A stretch of DNA of 64,000 nt from Parcubacteria group bacterium (GTDB lineage: Bacteria > Patescibacteriota > Minisyncoccia > Moranbacterales > UBA9337), in assembly GCA_041662245.1 (NCBI GenBank), contig JBAZSW010000004.1:11454-75453 (forward strand), read 5' to 3'. The notes under the pieces are model-generated. The model was not told the origin of the DNA and did not search any database. It saw only the letters and a program-made list of their open reading frames with translations. The translations under genes and the position numbers were made by a program. How positions within the stretch are numbered: position 1 is the first letter of the stretch; every line of letters starts with the position of its first letter. Positions 10,546 through 18,913 of the stretch are shown one piece after another.

Positions 10546-10659
10546 TCAAATAATTTTTTTGAGGAATTTTCGCATTTCATCACTCATTTCATGCCCAAAA
10601 ACCCTTACGTGTACAGCTTCAGTCAAAGTTATCAATTGTAATTTCAAATTCTCAATCAT
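10546..10659 (-). repeat. Coding 5'-end repeat, copy 1 (37-aa mini-ORF MIENLKLQLITLTEAVHVRVFGHEMSDEMRKFLKKII)
   Basis: Near-identical to 12445-12543, 13745-13812 and 14207-14288; stop codon lies 2 nt before the wzx ATG. Confidence 0.9.
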
Positions 10660-10690
10660 TTTTTTCTTTCAATTATTTCATTCTCTAAAA

Positions 10691-10760
10691 TGTATCAACA
10701 TACCACCTGCCCGCTAGTTGCTACAGCGTTGCAGGCGGGCGGCCGTGCCAACTCGACACA
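10691..10760. repeat. 36-bp dyad repeat interrupted by a 34-bp hairpin element (10706-10739)
   Basis: TGTATCAACATACCA[CCTGCCCGCTAGTTGCTACAGCGTTGCAGGCGGG]CGGCCGTGCCAACTCGACACA compared with the empty copies at 14658 and 15299. Confidence 0.9.
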
Positions 10761-10842
10761 TTGTATTCATATTATCCCAAAGCTCGACGACCACATTATT
10801 TTAACACAATCCCAAATACTAGCCCAATTCAAATACCTATCA

Positions 10843-12279
10843 TCAAACAAGTAAAAAATATTTCAGCGGTATTTGCACAATGTTCTCCTTTTCAAAAATA
10901 TTCAATTCGTTTTTTGATATAACCAGTCCATATTTTGCTTTTACTTTAGACGCTGTTTGAATTACTTGAGATATACCTTTATTTCCCATCCCAACCTCTA
11001 TTATAATTTTCTCCCTTGCAAAACCCAAGATAAAATCCGCTCCACCCTGGGCATTATCATACGTGAGTGAAGTATTTATTTTTTTGAAAAGAAATCTACT
11101 TAAGTACATTCCAATCGTATCCTCCAGTAGTTTTCCTGAATAATTTTCTTTTGAAATTACATTACCAATAAAGTTATAATACATTGATCGGAAAGCTGGC
11201 GAAGCAAATAGGTATTTGGAAGGCTTTTTTACCTGATTCAAATGAGAGCCGTGAGGATACACTCTAATTAATGTTTCAGTTTTCTCTAGCGCATTAAAAA
11301 TTTCCATAATTTTAGGACGACTAATGTTGAAAATTTCCGATAATTTTACATAACTTAGTTGTTCTATATCTGCAGTCGCATAAAGAATTGAAGGAATTTT
11401 TGAAATTGTTTCCGAATTAAATTGACCAGTCCTGGCGACATCACTGTTGATTATCCTATCTAACGTTTTATTTATTTGATCATAAACCAAGGCCTCATTG
11501 TTTAACATAACCATAAAAGGAAGCGAGCCATATCTCATATATCTTTCCATCTCCATTCTTTCGATATCAATCCAATATTCATTTATTCTATTTTCGATTC
11601 TGCGCATACCTGCATAGACATCTACCGCAGAGACTGAATTAAAAATTACTCTTCGAACTTCTTTTCGAAGACCTGCTGTTTCACTTTTTCCTGTCTTAAT
11701 TTTCATATATTCCACAAAACTGAGTGGGAACAATTTTTCAAATATAGCCCTTCTTGCGATATCGGGGTTCGTATTAAGATTTAGCGCCGAAGATCCAGTA
11801 GCAAAAATAAAAACATTTTTTGACCTATCATACAGACTTTTTAATGTGATAGCCCATTTTTCATCATATTGGATCTCATCAAGAAATAGATAAAGAGGTT
11901 TATCAAGTCTTTCCATTGCGACTCCAATTAAATCTTCATATGCTTCCAAAACATCATTCAATCCGACGCCAAGAATTTGAACTATATGATCAACTGATAA
12001 ATATAACCGGCGAACATCTCTGTTTTTTTCCACATAATACAACTGTGACATAATTGTAGTCTTTCCGGCGCCCCGAAGGCCGGTCAAAATAAGCCACCTG
12101 GCAGTGGATTTGTGTTCAAAAAAATCCGTAAAATATTTATGTAATTTTATATAAATATTTCTCTTGGGTCGTAGCTTTTTATTTTCATCGAAAATATAAG
12201 CTTCAGCTCGAAAATCCGCCTGCGAAATTTGATCTTGCAAAAACTTTATTATCTTTTCTCTTTTTTCATTATTAGCCAT
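10843..12279 (-). CDS. AAA+ ATPase (AAA_14/DUF4143-like)
   Basis: Walker A GLRGAGKT; Walker B LFLDEIQ; TGSSAL; C-terminal DF..IEVG nuclease-like tail. Confidence 0.85.
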   Translation of the reverse strand: MANNEKREKIIKFLQDQISQADFRAEAYIFDENKKLRPKRNIYIKLHKYFTDFFEHKSTARWLILTGLRGAGKTTIMSQLYYVEKNRDVRRLYLSVDHIVQILGVGLNDVLEAYEDLIGVAMERLDKPLYLFLDEIQYDEKWAITLKSLYDRSKNVFIFATGSSALNLNTNPDIARRAIFEKLFPLSFVEYMKIKTGKSETAGLRKEVRRVIFNSVSAVDVYAGMRRIENRINEYWIDIERMEMERYMRYGSLPFMVMLNNEALVYDQINKTLDRIINSDVARTGQFNSETISKIPSILYATADIEQLSYVKLSEIFNISRPKIMEIFNALEKTETLIRVYPHGSHLNQVKKPSKYLFASPAFRSMYYNFIGNVISKENYSGKLLEDTIGMYLSRFLFKKINTSLTYDNAQGGADFILGFAREKIIIEVGMGNKGISQVIQTASKVKAKYGLVISKNELNIFEKENIVQIPLKYFLLV

Positions 12280-12310
12280 ACCATTTTAAAATTATTTTAA
12301 TGCTAAATAT

Positions 12311-12340
12311 AGTTTACATTAAAACTATAAATCTTGTCAA
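12311..12340 (-). promoter_or_regulatory. Sigma70-like promoter of the AAA+ ATPase gene
   Basis: TTGACA-N18-TAAACT on the minus strand. Confidence 0.55.
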
Positions 12341-12444
12341 TATTTATTTACAAGTGTATAGAGACTCCCTATTTACGGCTAATTTAAACAACTTTTTGCT
12401 ATTTTTCTTGTTTGCTTTCTTAAGTTAAAACGGAAGGGGGTTTT

Positions 12445-12543
12445 GAGGAATTTTCGCATTTCATCACTCCGGCCCTGCCCAAAAACCCGCCGATGCACAG
12501 CTTCAGTCAAAGTTATCAATTGTAATTTCAAATTCTCAATCAT
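12445..12543 (-). repeat. Coding 5'-end repeat, copy 2
   Basis: Encodes MIENLKLQLITLTEAVHRRVFGQGRSDEMRKFLK; lies between the Fic and ATPase genes. Confidence 0.9.
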
Positions 12544-12629
12544 TTTTTTGTTTCAATAATTTTTATTTTTTTATCCATTTCTAATATCTAGTTATTATTG
12601 TTTTTGTACATTAGTAATGTATATTATTT

Positions 12630-13676
12630 TCAGTCTTTTATATATGTTATTTTCATCTTATAGTAAGTCGCCCTTCCTTTGCCAAACTTTTCAATTATCC
12701 CTAGGGATATTAATTTCCTAAAATCAAGATTTCTCGTCGGTTTTGCTCGTGTAGTTAGCTTAGCATAATCTCGATCGCTAACATATCCATTATTCTCTAT
12801 GTATTTGATAATTTTCTTGTGATAATTCTTAATTGCCGTATCGGGAGAGATGACCACCTTTTCAAGCTCTTTACTGACGCGTAATAGTTCATCAATAATT
12901 CCGTCTGTAAAATATTCCAGCCACGACGTAAAATCGAATTGATCTTTAATATCATAATAATTTCCCATTACACCAACTTCTTGAAAATATTTACTGACAT
13001 TATTATTGTAATAATTTTCAAAACTAAAAAGATTAAAAGTATTTAGTCCCATTTTGGCTAATAATACCTTAGTGGCTAGACGAGCTGTTCTGCCATTGCC
13101 ATCAATAAAGGGATGGATGATTACAAATTGCTTATGAAATAATCCAGCCAAAATCAACGGGTCAATGATATCTTTATTTATATTTATATAACTCAATAAG
13201 TCATTCATCAGCTCTAATACGTCTAATTGCTCTGGTGGCAGATAAACGACCTGGCGAGCTCTTGGATCATTTACAAAAACTGCTTCTTGCCTTAATCGTC
13301 CGCATCGATGCTTTTCAATTAAATCTTGTGTTATGTTTTTTTGAATCTCCAATATCAAATCTAAATCAAAAGAATGCTCTTTATCTTTTGACAAAGAGCT
13401 CAGAGTAATTAACGCCTTATTGTAATTTAAAACTTCCCTCTCGCTATCACGAACATGTTTGGGGGCATTTTTTATAATTCTTTTAACGTCAGTCAAGGGT
13501 AATGGGTTTCCTTCAATGCTCGTAGAAGAAAAGGCGGAAATTTCCCGCGCCCGCCTCTCAAATTCTGCCAAAACAACATCCGAAAAATTCCGATTATTCA
13601 AATCAGTAATAATTTCAGTTATTTTTTTAATGTTAGCTAATAGTTGGCTAGAAATAGTATATTTTGGCTCAAACAT
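12630..13676 (-). CDS. Fic-domain protein with C-terminal wHTH
   Basis: HPFIDGNGRTAR Fic motif; STSIEGN inhibitory-type motif; GKGRATYY wHTH tail. Confidence 0.9.
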   Translation of the reverse strand: MFEPKYTISSQLLANIKKITEIITDLNNRNFSDVVLAEFERRAREISAFSSTSIEGNPLPLTDVKRIIKNAPKHVRDSEREVLNYNKALITLSSLSKDKEHSFDLDLILEIQKNITQDLIEKHRCGRLRQEAVFVNDPRARQVVYLPPEQLDVLELMNDLLSYININKDIIDPLILAGLFHKQFVIIHPFIDGNGRTARLATKVLLAKMGLNTFNLFSFENYYNNNVSKYFQEVGVMGNYYDIKDQFDFTSWLEYFTDGIIDELLRVSKELEKVVISPDTAIKNYHKKIIKYIENNGYVSDRDYAKLTTRAKPTRNLDFRKLISLGIIEKFGKGRATYYKMKITYIKD

Positions 13677-13696
13677 AGATAATGATAGTTACTTAT

Positions 13697-13733
13697 ATAG
13701 ACTAATTATAGACGATTATTAGACGATTGTCAA
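13697..13733 (-). promoter_or_regulatory. Consensus sigma70 promoter overlapped by direct-repeat operator
   Basis: TTGACA-N17-TATAAT; AATCGTCTA twice plus ATTAGTCTA across it. Confidence 0.75.
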
Positions 13734-13744
13734 CCTCTTACTCA

Positions 13745-13812
13745 GCCCAAAAACCCTCAGGTGCACAGCTTCAGTCAAAACAATTAACCTTAATTTCAAT
13801 ATTCTCAATCAT
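13745..13812 (-). repeat. Coding 5'-end repeat, copy 3 (shortest, 1-nt insertion)
   Basis: ATGATTGAGAAT(A)TTGAAATTA...GAAGCTGTGCACCTGAGGGTTTTTGGGC. Confidence 0.85.
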
Positions 13813-13876
13813 TTCTATATTATGCATTATTTTACAATATTTTACAATTTAGCTATAATCTAGCCATAAGACTCGT

Positions 13877-13905
13877 TTGACACTCCCGAAGTAAGGTTTT
13901 ATAAT
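13877..13905 (+). promoter_or_regulatory. Consensus sigma70 promoter, probably giving a leaderless mRNA
   Basis: TTGACA-N17-TATAAT ending 6 nt before ATG 13912. Confidence 0.75.
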
Positions 13906-13911
13906 TAAACT

Positions 13912-14154
13912 ATGAAAAATAACAACAAAACAAAAAAAGAAATGACTATTGATGATTTAGCGCTAATGGTAGCTAAAGGCTTTAATGATGCAAATGAAAG
14001 GATGAATAAACGTTTTGATCAAGTAGATAAGAGATTTGAGAAAATTGAATCACGCCTTAAAAATATTGAAGCTGATCTTAATAAAAAGTTAGACAAAATT
14101 GAACATAACACTCTTATTTATCGAGTTGAAAAATTAGAGAAGAAATTTGCTTAA
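13912..14154 (+). CDS. Small coiled-coil hypothetical protein
   Basis: TIDDLALMVAKGF followed by RFDQVDKRFEKIE heptads; own promoter and terminator. Confidence 0.75.
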   Translation: MKNNNKTKKEMTIDDLALMVAKGFNDANERMNKRFDQVDKRFEKIESRLKNIEADLNKKLDKIEHNTLIYRVEKLEKKFA

Positions 14155-14182
14155 TATAAAATTTTAGAATTATTCAAAATAT

Positions 14183-14207
14183 AAACAGGTCCACAACCTG
14201 TTTTTTT
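14183..14207 (+). terminator. Rho-independent terminator
   Basis: AAACAGGT-CCACA-ACCTGTTT plus T-run. Confidence 0.65.
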
Positions 14208-14288
14208 ATCACTCATCTCATGCCCAAAAACCCTCAGGTGCACAGCTTCAGTCAAGGTTATCAATTGTAATTTCAAATTCTCAATCAT
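14207..14288 (-). repeat. Coding 5'-end repeat, copy 4
   Basis: Encodes MIENLKLQLITLTEAVHLRVFGHEMSD. Confidence 0.9.
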
Positions 14289-14336
14289 TTTTTTCTTTTT
14301 TTAAAATATTTCACCTTTCTTACCTATTCCCCAAAA

Positions 14337-14405
14337 TGTATCAACATACCACCTGCCCGCTAGTTGCTACAGCGTTGCAGGCGGGCGGCCGTGCCAACTC
14401 GACAC
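14337..14405. repeat. 36-bp dyad repeat interrupted by a 34-bp hairpin element (14352-14385)
   Basis: Identical to 10691-10759. Confidence 0.9.
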
Positions 14406-14657
14406 CTACCTATATCGCCCCAATTATAAATCCCGAACCCATCCATTTCTCTATTATGCATTATTTTTCCGCTCCCGCCCATACTTGAAAATTTTATTAT
14501 TTAGGTGCACAATCTAAATGCAATGACATCTCGAAAGAGAAGCTCTGAGATTCCAACTAGACGGGGTCGTTTTTTTATTCCAAATCTCGGACAGAAGTTC
14601 ACACAATTCACATTGTTAGGTGGAGATTTTTTTATTTTATTTTTCTTTTTTTTAAAA

Positions 14658-14693
14658 TGTATCAACATACCACGGCCGTGTTAAGTTGACACA
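14658..14693. repeat. 36-bp dyad repeat (uninterrupted)
   Basis: TGTATCAACATAC-CACGGCCGTG-TTAAGTTGACACA; perfect 10-bp central palindrome, arms 10/13 symmetric. Confidence 0.9.
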
Positions 14694-14717
14694 TTATATT
14701 GACATTGCAAACAAATG

Positions 14718-15290
14718 CTAGATTTCTAAATTAAAAAGTTTTGCAAAATGTCTTTTAATCTTATCTTCATTATCAATTTTTAAGGCTGTAATAACTCTGA
14801 CATATTTTTGAGCAGAATACAAATCAATCACTTCCAGCATGGCTTCTTCCAAAGGATAAGGAGAAACAAATACGCTATGTTGAAGTTTAAAAAATTTAAG
14901 CTCTCGCAAATGATCTCGTAAAATATCGCGAAAAGCTCGGTCTTTCTCTGGAATGTCAAAAAGAACAATTCTCCATCTATTATCCCACTTTCTTGGCTTC
15001 TTAAAATTTATTGATTTTCCAATCAGACTAAGCATTCTTGCCTGCTTTATCCCCTCTGCAGTAAGCAGTAATTTAAAGGAACCATTGGGAGATATTTTTT
15101 CTTCAATTAATTTTTCTTTCGAAAGTTTACTGATGGAGCGATTAAAATTACGCTGGTCTATCCTTTCCCAATCTTTTTTTAATGTTCGAAGTGTCCTAAA
15201 ATACTGTCTAGAAGAATTCGATACTCCTAAAGCCACACCGCCCAAAAGCACTAGCATAATCTTTTTTTGTGTTGTTCCAAATTTATGCAT
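14718..15290 (-). CDS. PaaX-like protein (wHTH plus Cas2-like ferredoxin domain)
   Basis: LTAEG wHTH wing; KWDNRWRIVLFDIPEK..RDILR..L..LQHSVF pattern of the PaaX/Cas2 fold; no cas1 or CRISPR array nearby. Confidence 0.8.
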   Translation of the reverse strand: MHKFGTTQKKIMLVLLGGVALGVSNSSRQYFRTLRTLKKDWERIDQRNFNRSISKLSKEKLIEEKISPNGSFKLLLTAEGIKQARMLSLIGKSINFKKPRKWDNRWRIVLFDIPEKDRAFRDILRDHLRELKFFKLQHSVFVSPYPLEEAMLEVIDLYSAQKYVRVITALKIDNEDKIKRHFAKLFNLEI

Positions 15291-15298
15291 ACATTATT

Positions 15299-15334
15299 TG
15301 TATCAACATACCACGGCCGTGTTAAGTCGACACA
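15299..15334. repeat. 36-bp dyad repeat (uninterrupted), 8 nt upstream of the PaaX-like start
   Basis: One mismatch to 14658-14693. Confidence 0.9.
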
Positions 15335-15625
15335 TTTATTATATTACTTTTTTGGCATACACTGTAACAATAGGTATATCTAAATATACATTAAAACATG
15401 ATTTTTACTGATAGTCTTTACCCCATTAAATAAAAACTTATCGGACGAAAAAAATACAACTATAATTTCAAAGACTCCTTGGAAAGATTGCGTTTTATTT
15501 ATTATATTTTACCACTTTTCAAATATTAGTTCAAAGCAAGATTCCTGAAGCTAGTCCTGATTGCAAAAAGAAATTATTGTCGTGCCATGGACTTTTCAGA
15601 CATGCTTCATTATAATTAAGTTACT

Positions 15626-17104
15626 ATGAAAAAAAGCATTCATCATATATTAATTCAACCCTATTTAGGTATAAGTCTATTGCTTTTAGTATTTCTGCTA
15701 AAAGGGTTTTTATTTGTAACTATCTTACCTATTTTTCAAGGTCCCGATGAACCTATTCATTATGCCACTATCCAATATTTTGCAGAACCTAAGGAAAAAA
15801 ATTGGGATATCCAAAAAATCGACAAGGAAGATTTCTTCCCTGATGGAGATAATACGAATACTTATCATTATTCTCAAGAAATCAAAAAAACAGCTGAAAT
15901 TTCCCAATTTGATGAAATAAAATTTCATGGTACGAATACTTCACTTTTCTTATCTGGATCTGATGGAGCAATTGAGCAAACCCTCCCTCAAGCTTCTTGG
16001 AAAAAATATATTGATTCTTATCCTCCCTCCATAGTTGGCGGCCCATCTTTATATTATTTAGTTACTTCCCAAATTGAAAAGTTTTTTTCATCCTCTGACA
16101 TTTTGGTTCGTTTTTTTTCCATTCGCATATTCTCTGTTTTTTTAGGAATATTAACTGTCCTTTTGGCTTATTTAACTACGTTAAAAGCTGGCTTCACCCA
16201 AAAACAGGCCTTGGTAATCTCTACCATTATCGCCTTTCAACCCATGTTTACCCAGACAGCAGCTATAATAAATTATGACATCCCTTTAATATTTGCCTTT
16301 TCACTTTTTACTTATGCGACAGTTGCTCTTCTGAGACATGGCTTTCAATGGAAATATTTTTGTTTTCTTTTTTTGGGAGCATTGGTAGGAATATTAGTCA
16401 AAGGAACGGGTCTTATTTTGCCCGTTTTGATTTTTCCGATTTTAATTTATCTTATTTATCAAAAAACAGATTTTGGTTTAGGCAAAAAAAAGTTTTTCTT
16501 TTATCTATCCGCTCTTTTTGTCATAGCTATTGCGTTTTTTATTATTTTCGGACCAAAAGGAACTACCGAAATTTTTACCGATTTTTCGGCAACTTCGAAT
16601 TTTTCCTCCCCGCTTGAATCATTACAGAAATACATTGTCATCACTGCAGAACGCTGGGACTTTTTTGAGCTTACTTATTGGGGGAGCTTTGGCTGGCTAG
16701 ACGCACAGGTTTCTGATTATGTATTAATTTTTATTTGGCTAACAGAAATAGTTGCCCTAGCAGGAATAGTTTATGCATTTTTCTTTAAAAAAATCCCATC
16801 TTCTTTTTTACCCGAAAAAAAATATATAATTTTTATGATTTTAATGCTAGTTGCCCTTCAAGGCTTAATTCGTTTTTATGATTGGAAAATTTTTTACAGT
16901 GATGGTTCTATTATAATCGGAACTCCAGGGAGATACTTTTTGCCTAATATTATTTCACATTTTTTGGTTTTATTTTTTGGCCTAGGATCCTTTTTCTCAA
17001 AAAAGAAACATTTTGATATATTGCTAATAACTTCCTTAATTTTAATGATTGGATTTTTCTTCTATTCTCTTTTTAATATTATTATCCCTCGCTATTATTT
17101 ATGA
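15626..17104 (+). CDS. GT-C-type integral membrane glycosyltransferase (ArnT/PMT/DUF2142-like)
   Basis: PIFQGPDEPIH acidic loop after TM1; many TM helices; PGRYFLP. Confidence 0.65.
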   Translation: MKKSIHHILIQPYLGISLLLLVFLLKGFLFVTILPIFQGPDEPIHYATIQYFAEPKEKNWDIQKIDKEDFFPDGDNTNTYHYSQEIKKTAEISQFDEIKFHGTNTSLFLSGSDGAIEQTLPQASWKKYIDSYPPSIVGGPSLYYLVTSQIEKFFSSSDILVRFFSIRIFSVFLGILTVLLAYLTTLKAGFTQKQALVISTIIAFQPMFTQTAAIINYDIPLIFAFSLFTYATVALLRHGFQWKYFCFLFLGALVGILVKGTGLILPVLIFPILIYLIYQKTDFGLGKKKFFFYLSALFVIAIAFFIIFGPKGTTEIFTDFSATSNFSSPLESLQKYIVITAERWDFFELTYWGSFGWLDAQVSDYVLIFIWLTEIVALAGIVYAFFFKKIPSSFLPEKKYIIFMILMLVALQGLIRFYDWKIFYSDGSIIIGTPGRYFLPNIISHFLVLFFGLGSFFSKKKHFDILLITSLILMIGFFFYSLFNIIIPRYYL

Positions 17105-17814
17105 TTAAAAAAATTCCAAAAAAATATTATAAATTTTTTTATTTTGGATTTTTGTGTCTGATTATTTTTGTAATTGGTTACCGATTCGTCTCGATGCTTA
17201 CGATTCCAGACTCTTCTTTTAATTTTGAAAAAAAAGATACCTCTAGAATTTATCCATTTTTTCCAATTACTCAAAAATTTAGCGCTTCCGAAAATAATCT
17301 TAATCAAATAAAAATAATCTTAAAAAATATTAATTTACAAGTCTCTGACAAGATTACCCTTGAACTTAATAATGAATCCTGTAATGAAACAATTGCAAAA
17401 ATGGATATAACTAATACTTCTTGGCGATTTCCTATCTTTGACCGTTTTTCTTTTCCGGCAATAAGTGACTCTCGAGGGAAAACATATTGTCTTAAAATAA
17501 CCTATTTTACAAAAAATGCTGACATTAAAAAAAGCGATTATCCTGAAGTTTCATTAGATTCTCAAATGCTTTTTATCCAACCATTTGAAAACACTCGTCC
17601 CAATTTCAATAAAAAAGCGAGCTCGCTGGTGATGCGTCCCGCTTACACAAATGGAGGTATCTTGGCCAATTTAACTACCCTAAAAAATAGAATTTCTCAA
17701 GACAAACCATTATTTCTTAAAAACAATTATCTTGTGACTTTATTTATTTCTTTTCTCACTCTTACCTTTTTGTTGCTTCTCTTTATTATATCTCACCATT
17801 CAAACAAAAAATAA
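17101..17814 (+). CDS. Membrane-anchored hypothetical protein
   Basis: ATGA overlap with the upstream gene; N- and C-terminal TM helices. Confidence 0.65.
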   Translation: MIKKIPKKYYKFFYFGFLCLIIFVIGYRFVSMLTIPDSSFNFEKKDTSRIYPFFPITQKFSASENNLNQIKIILKNINLQVSDKITLELNNESCNETIAKMDITNTSWRFPIFDRFSFPAISDSRGKTYCLKITYFTKNADIKKSDYPEVSLDSQMLFIQPFENTRPNFNKKASSLVMRPAYTNGGILANLTTLKNRISQDKPLFLKNNYLVTLFISFLTLTFLLLLFIISHHSNKK

Positions 17815-17826
17815 TTAACAACAATC

Positions 17827-18612
17827 TTATTTTCTATCCCATTTGTACATATAGGGTATGCGCTTCCATATTCCCACAAGCCCATGTTTTTTAAATTCCC
17901 TAAATGTATTTAAAAATAGTTCCTTTGCTCTTTTAATTTTCAAAATCTTTAAAAGTGATTTATTCTCCTTTTCTTTTATTTTCCTAAATTCTTTTATTTT
18001 TGAGTTTATAACTTTATCTTTTTCCAAATCTCTTTTTTCTTTTTTTATAACAATAGTAAAACCATTTCCTACTTTATCGTCCACGTCTTGAAAGTCAATT
18101 ACTTTCCAGTTTAAATCAATCACTTCAATTAAATCCAGTAAACTCTCGGTTACCCAAAAAGAATAATGATTAGATTTTGGGACAGGAAAGATTCCTGTTT
18201 TATGCCTTTTTATAAGTTCCTCCGTGGTAGTTATAGGATTTTTTCTATCGAAAGTCCTTTCCTTATGAGGCACAATAATAAAAATATATCCACCCTCTCT
18301 CACTACTCGATACCATTCCTTCAGCGCTTTTATAGGATCAGAAAAATGTTCTAACACATGAGAATTAATCACAAAATCCTGCGAGTTATCTTCGATGGGC
18401 AAGTCATCTCCTTGTGCTACTATGTCCACTTTTAAAAAGTCTCCTCGCATCTCCAATTCTTCTCTTTTAAATACTGTTTCTTCTTCAGTATAATCAATAT
18501 TCTGCGTGTTAAGACCAAAAGGATTATGTGCAGATCCTCCAATCTCAAGTCCCTTTAGCCCATCTAAATATTTGTGAGCAAGTGCACTTTCGGGAAATTT
18601 TTTTTCTTTCAT
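17827..18612 (-). CDS. SAM-dependent methyltransferase (type 11-like)
   Basis: GLEIGG; DFVINSHVLEH; ALKEWYRVVREGG. Confidence 0.8.
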   Translation of the reverse strand: MKEKKFPESALAHKYLDGLKGLEIGGSAHNPFGLNTQNIDYTEEETVFKREELEMRGDFLKVDIVAQGDDLPIEDNSQDFVINSHVLEHFSDPIKALKEWYRVVREGGYIFIIVPHKERTFDRKNPITTTEELIKRHKTGIFPVPKSNHYSFWVTESLLDLIEVIDLNWKVIDFQDVDDKVGNGFTIVIKKEKRDLEKDKVINSKIKEFRKIKEKENKSLLKILKIKRAKELFLNTFREFKKHGLVGIWKRIPYMYKWDRK

Positions 18613-18913
18613 TATCTTTTTTTATTAGTTATTTAGAGTATATTTAGTTTGTTTATTTTTTCTCTTGTACAAATTAAGCAACTTTGATTTAACTAAAATA
18701 AAATTAATTTTTTCTATAATTTATATTTTAAATCACCAAAGCTATCCTTTTTATTAAGTTTATCAAATTCTCGTTAACTTCACAAACATTATTGTTTGGA
18801 CAAGCACCTGTGCAATATTTGACCAAAAGTGTATCCTGCTATAATTTTTAAAGAATAATACCTTTAAAATACTAACACTTTATACTTTCTCTTAAATAAT
18901 CTATACTAGAAGT

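Noticed and set aside
10546-14405. Classical integron
   Set aside because: No tyrosine integrase, and the repeats lack attC RYYYAAC/GTTRRRY ends; they read as coding sequence.
14520-14580. Possible small RNA (CTC-GAAA-GAG hairpin, T-run)
   Set aside because: No family recognisable by eye; needs a covariance search.
10691-15334. CRISPR array or cas locus (36-bp repeats plus Cas2-like gene)
   Set aside because: Repeats are hundreds to thousands of bp apart with no 30-40 bp spacers; no cas1 or effector gene; the protein has PaaX-type wHTH architecture.
14953-15411. 152-aa + strand ORF
   Set aside because: Antisense shadow of the PaaX-like gene; the same applies to the other short ORFs antisense to rpoBC, topA, rsmH, DUF2207 and similar genes.
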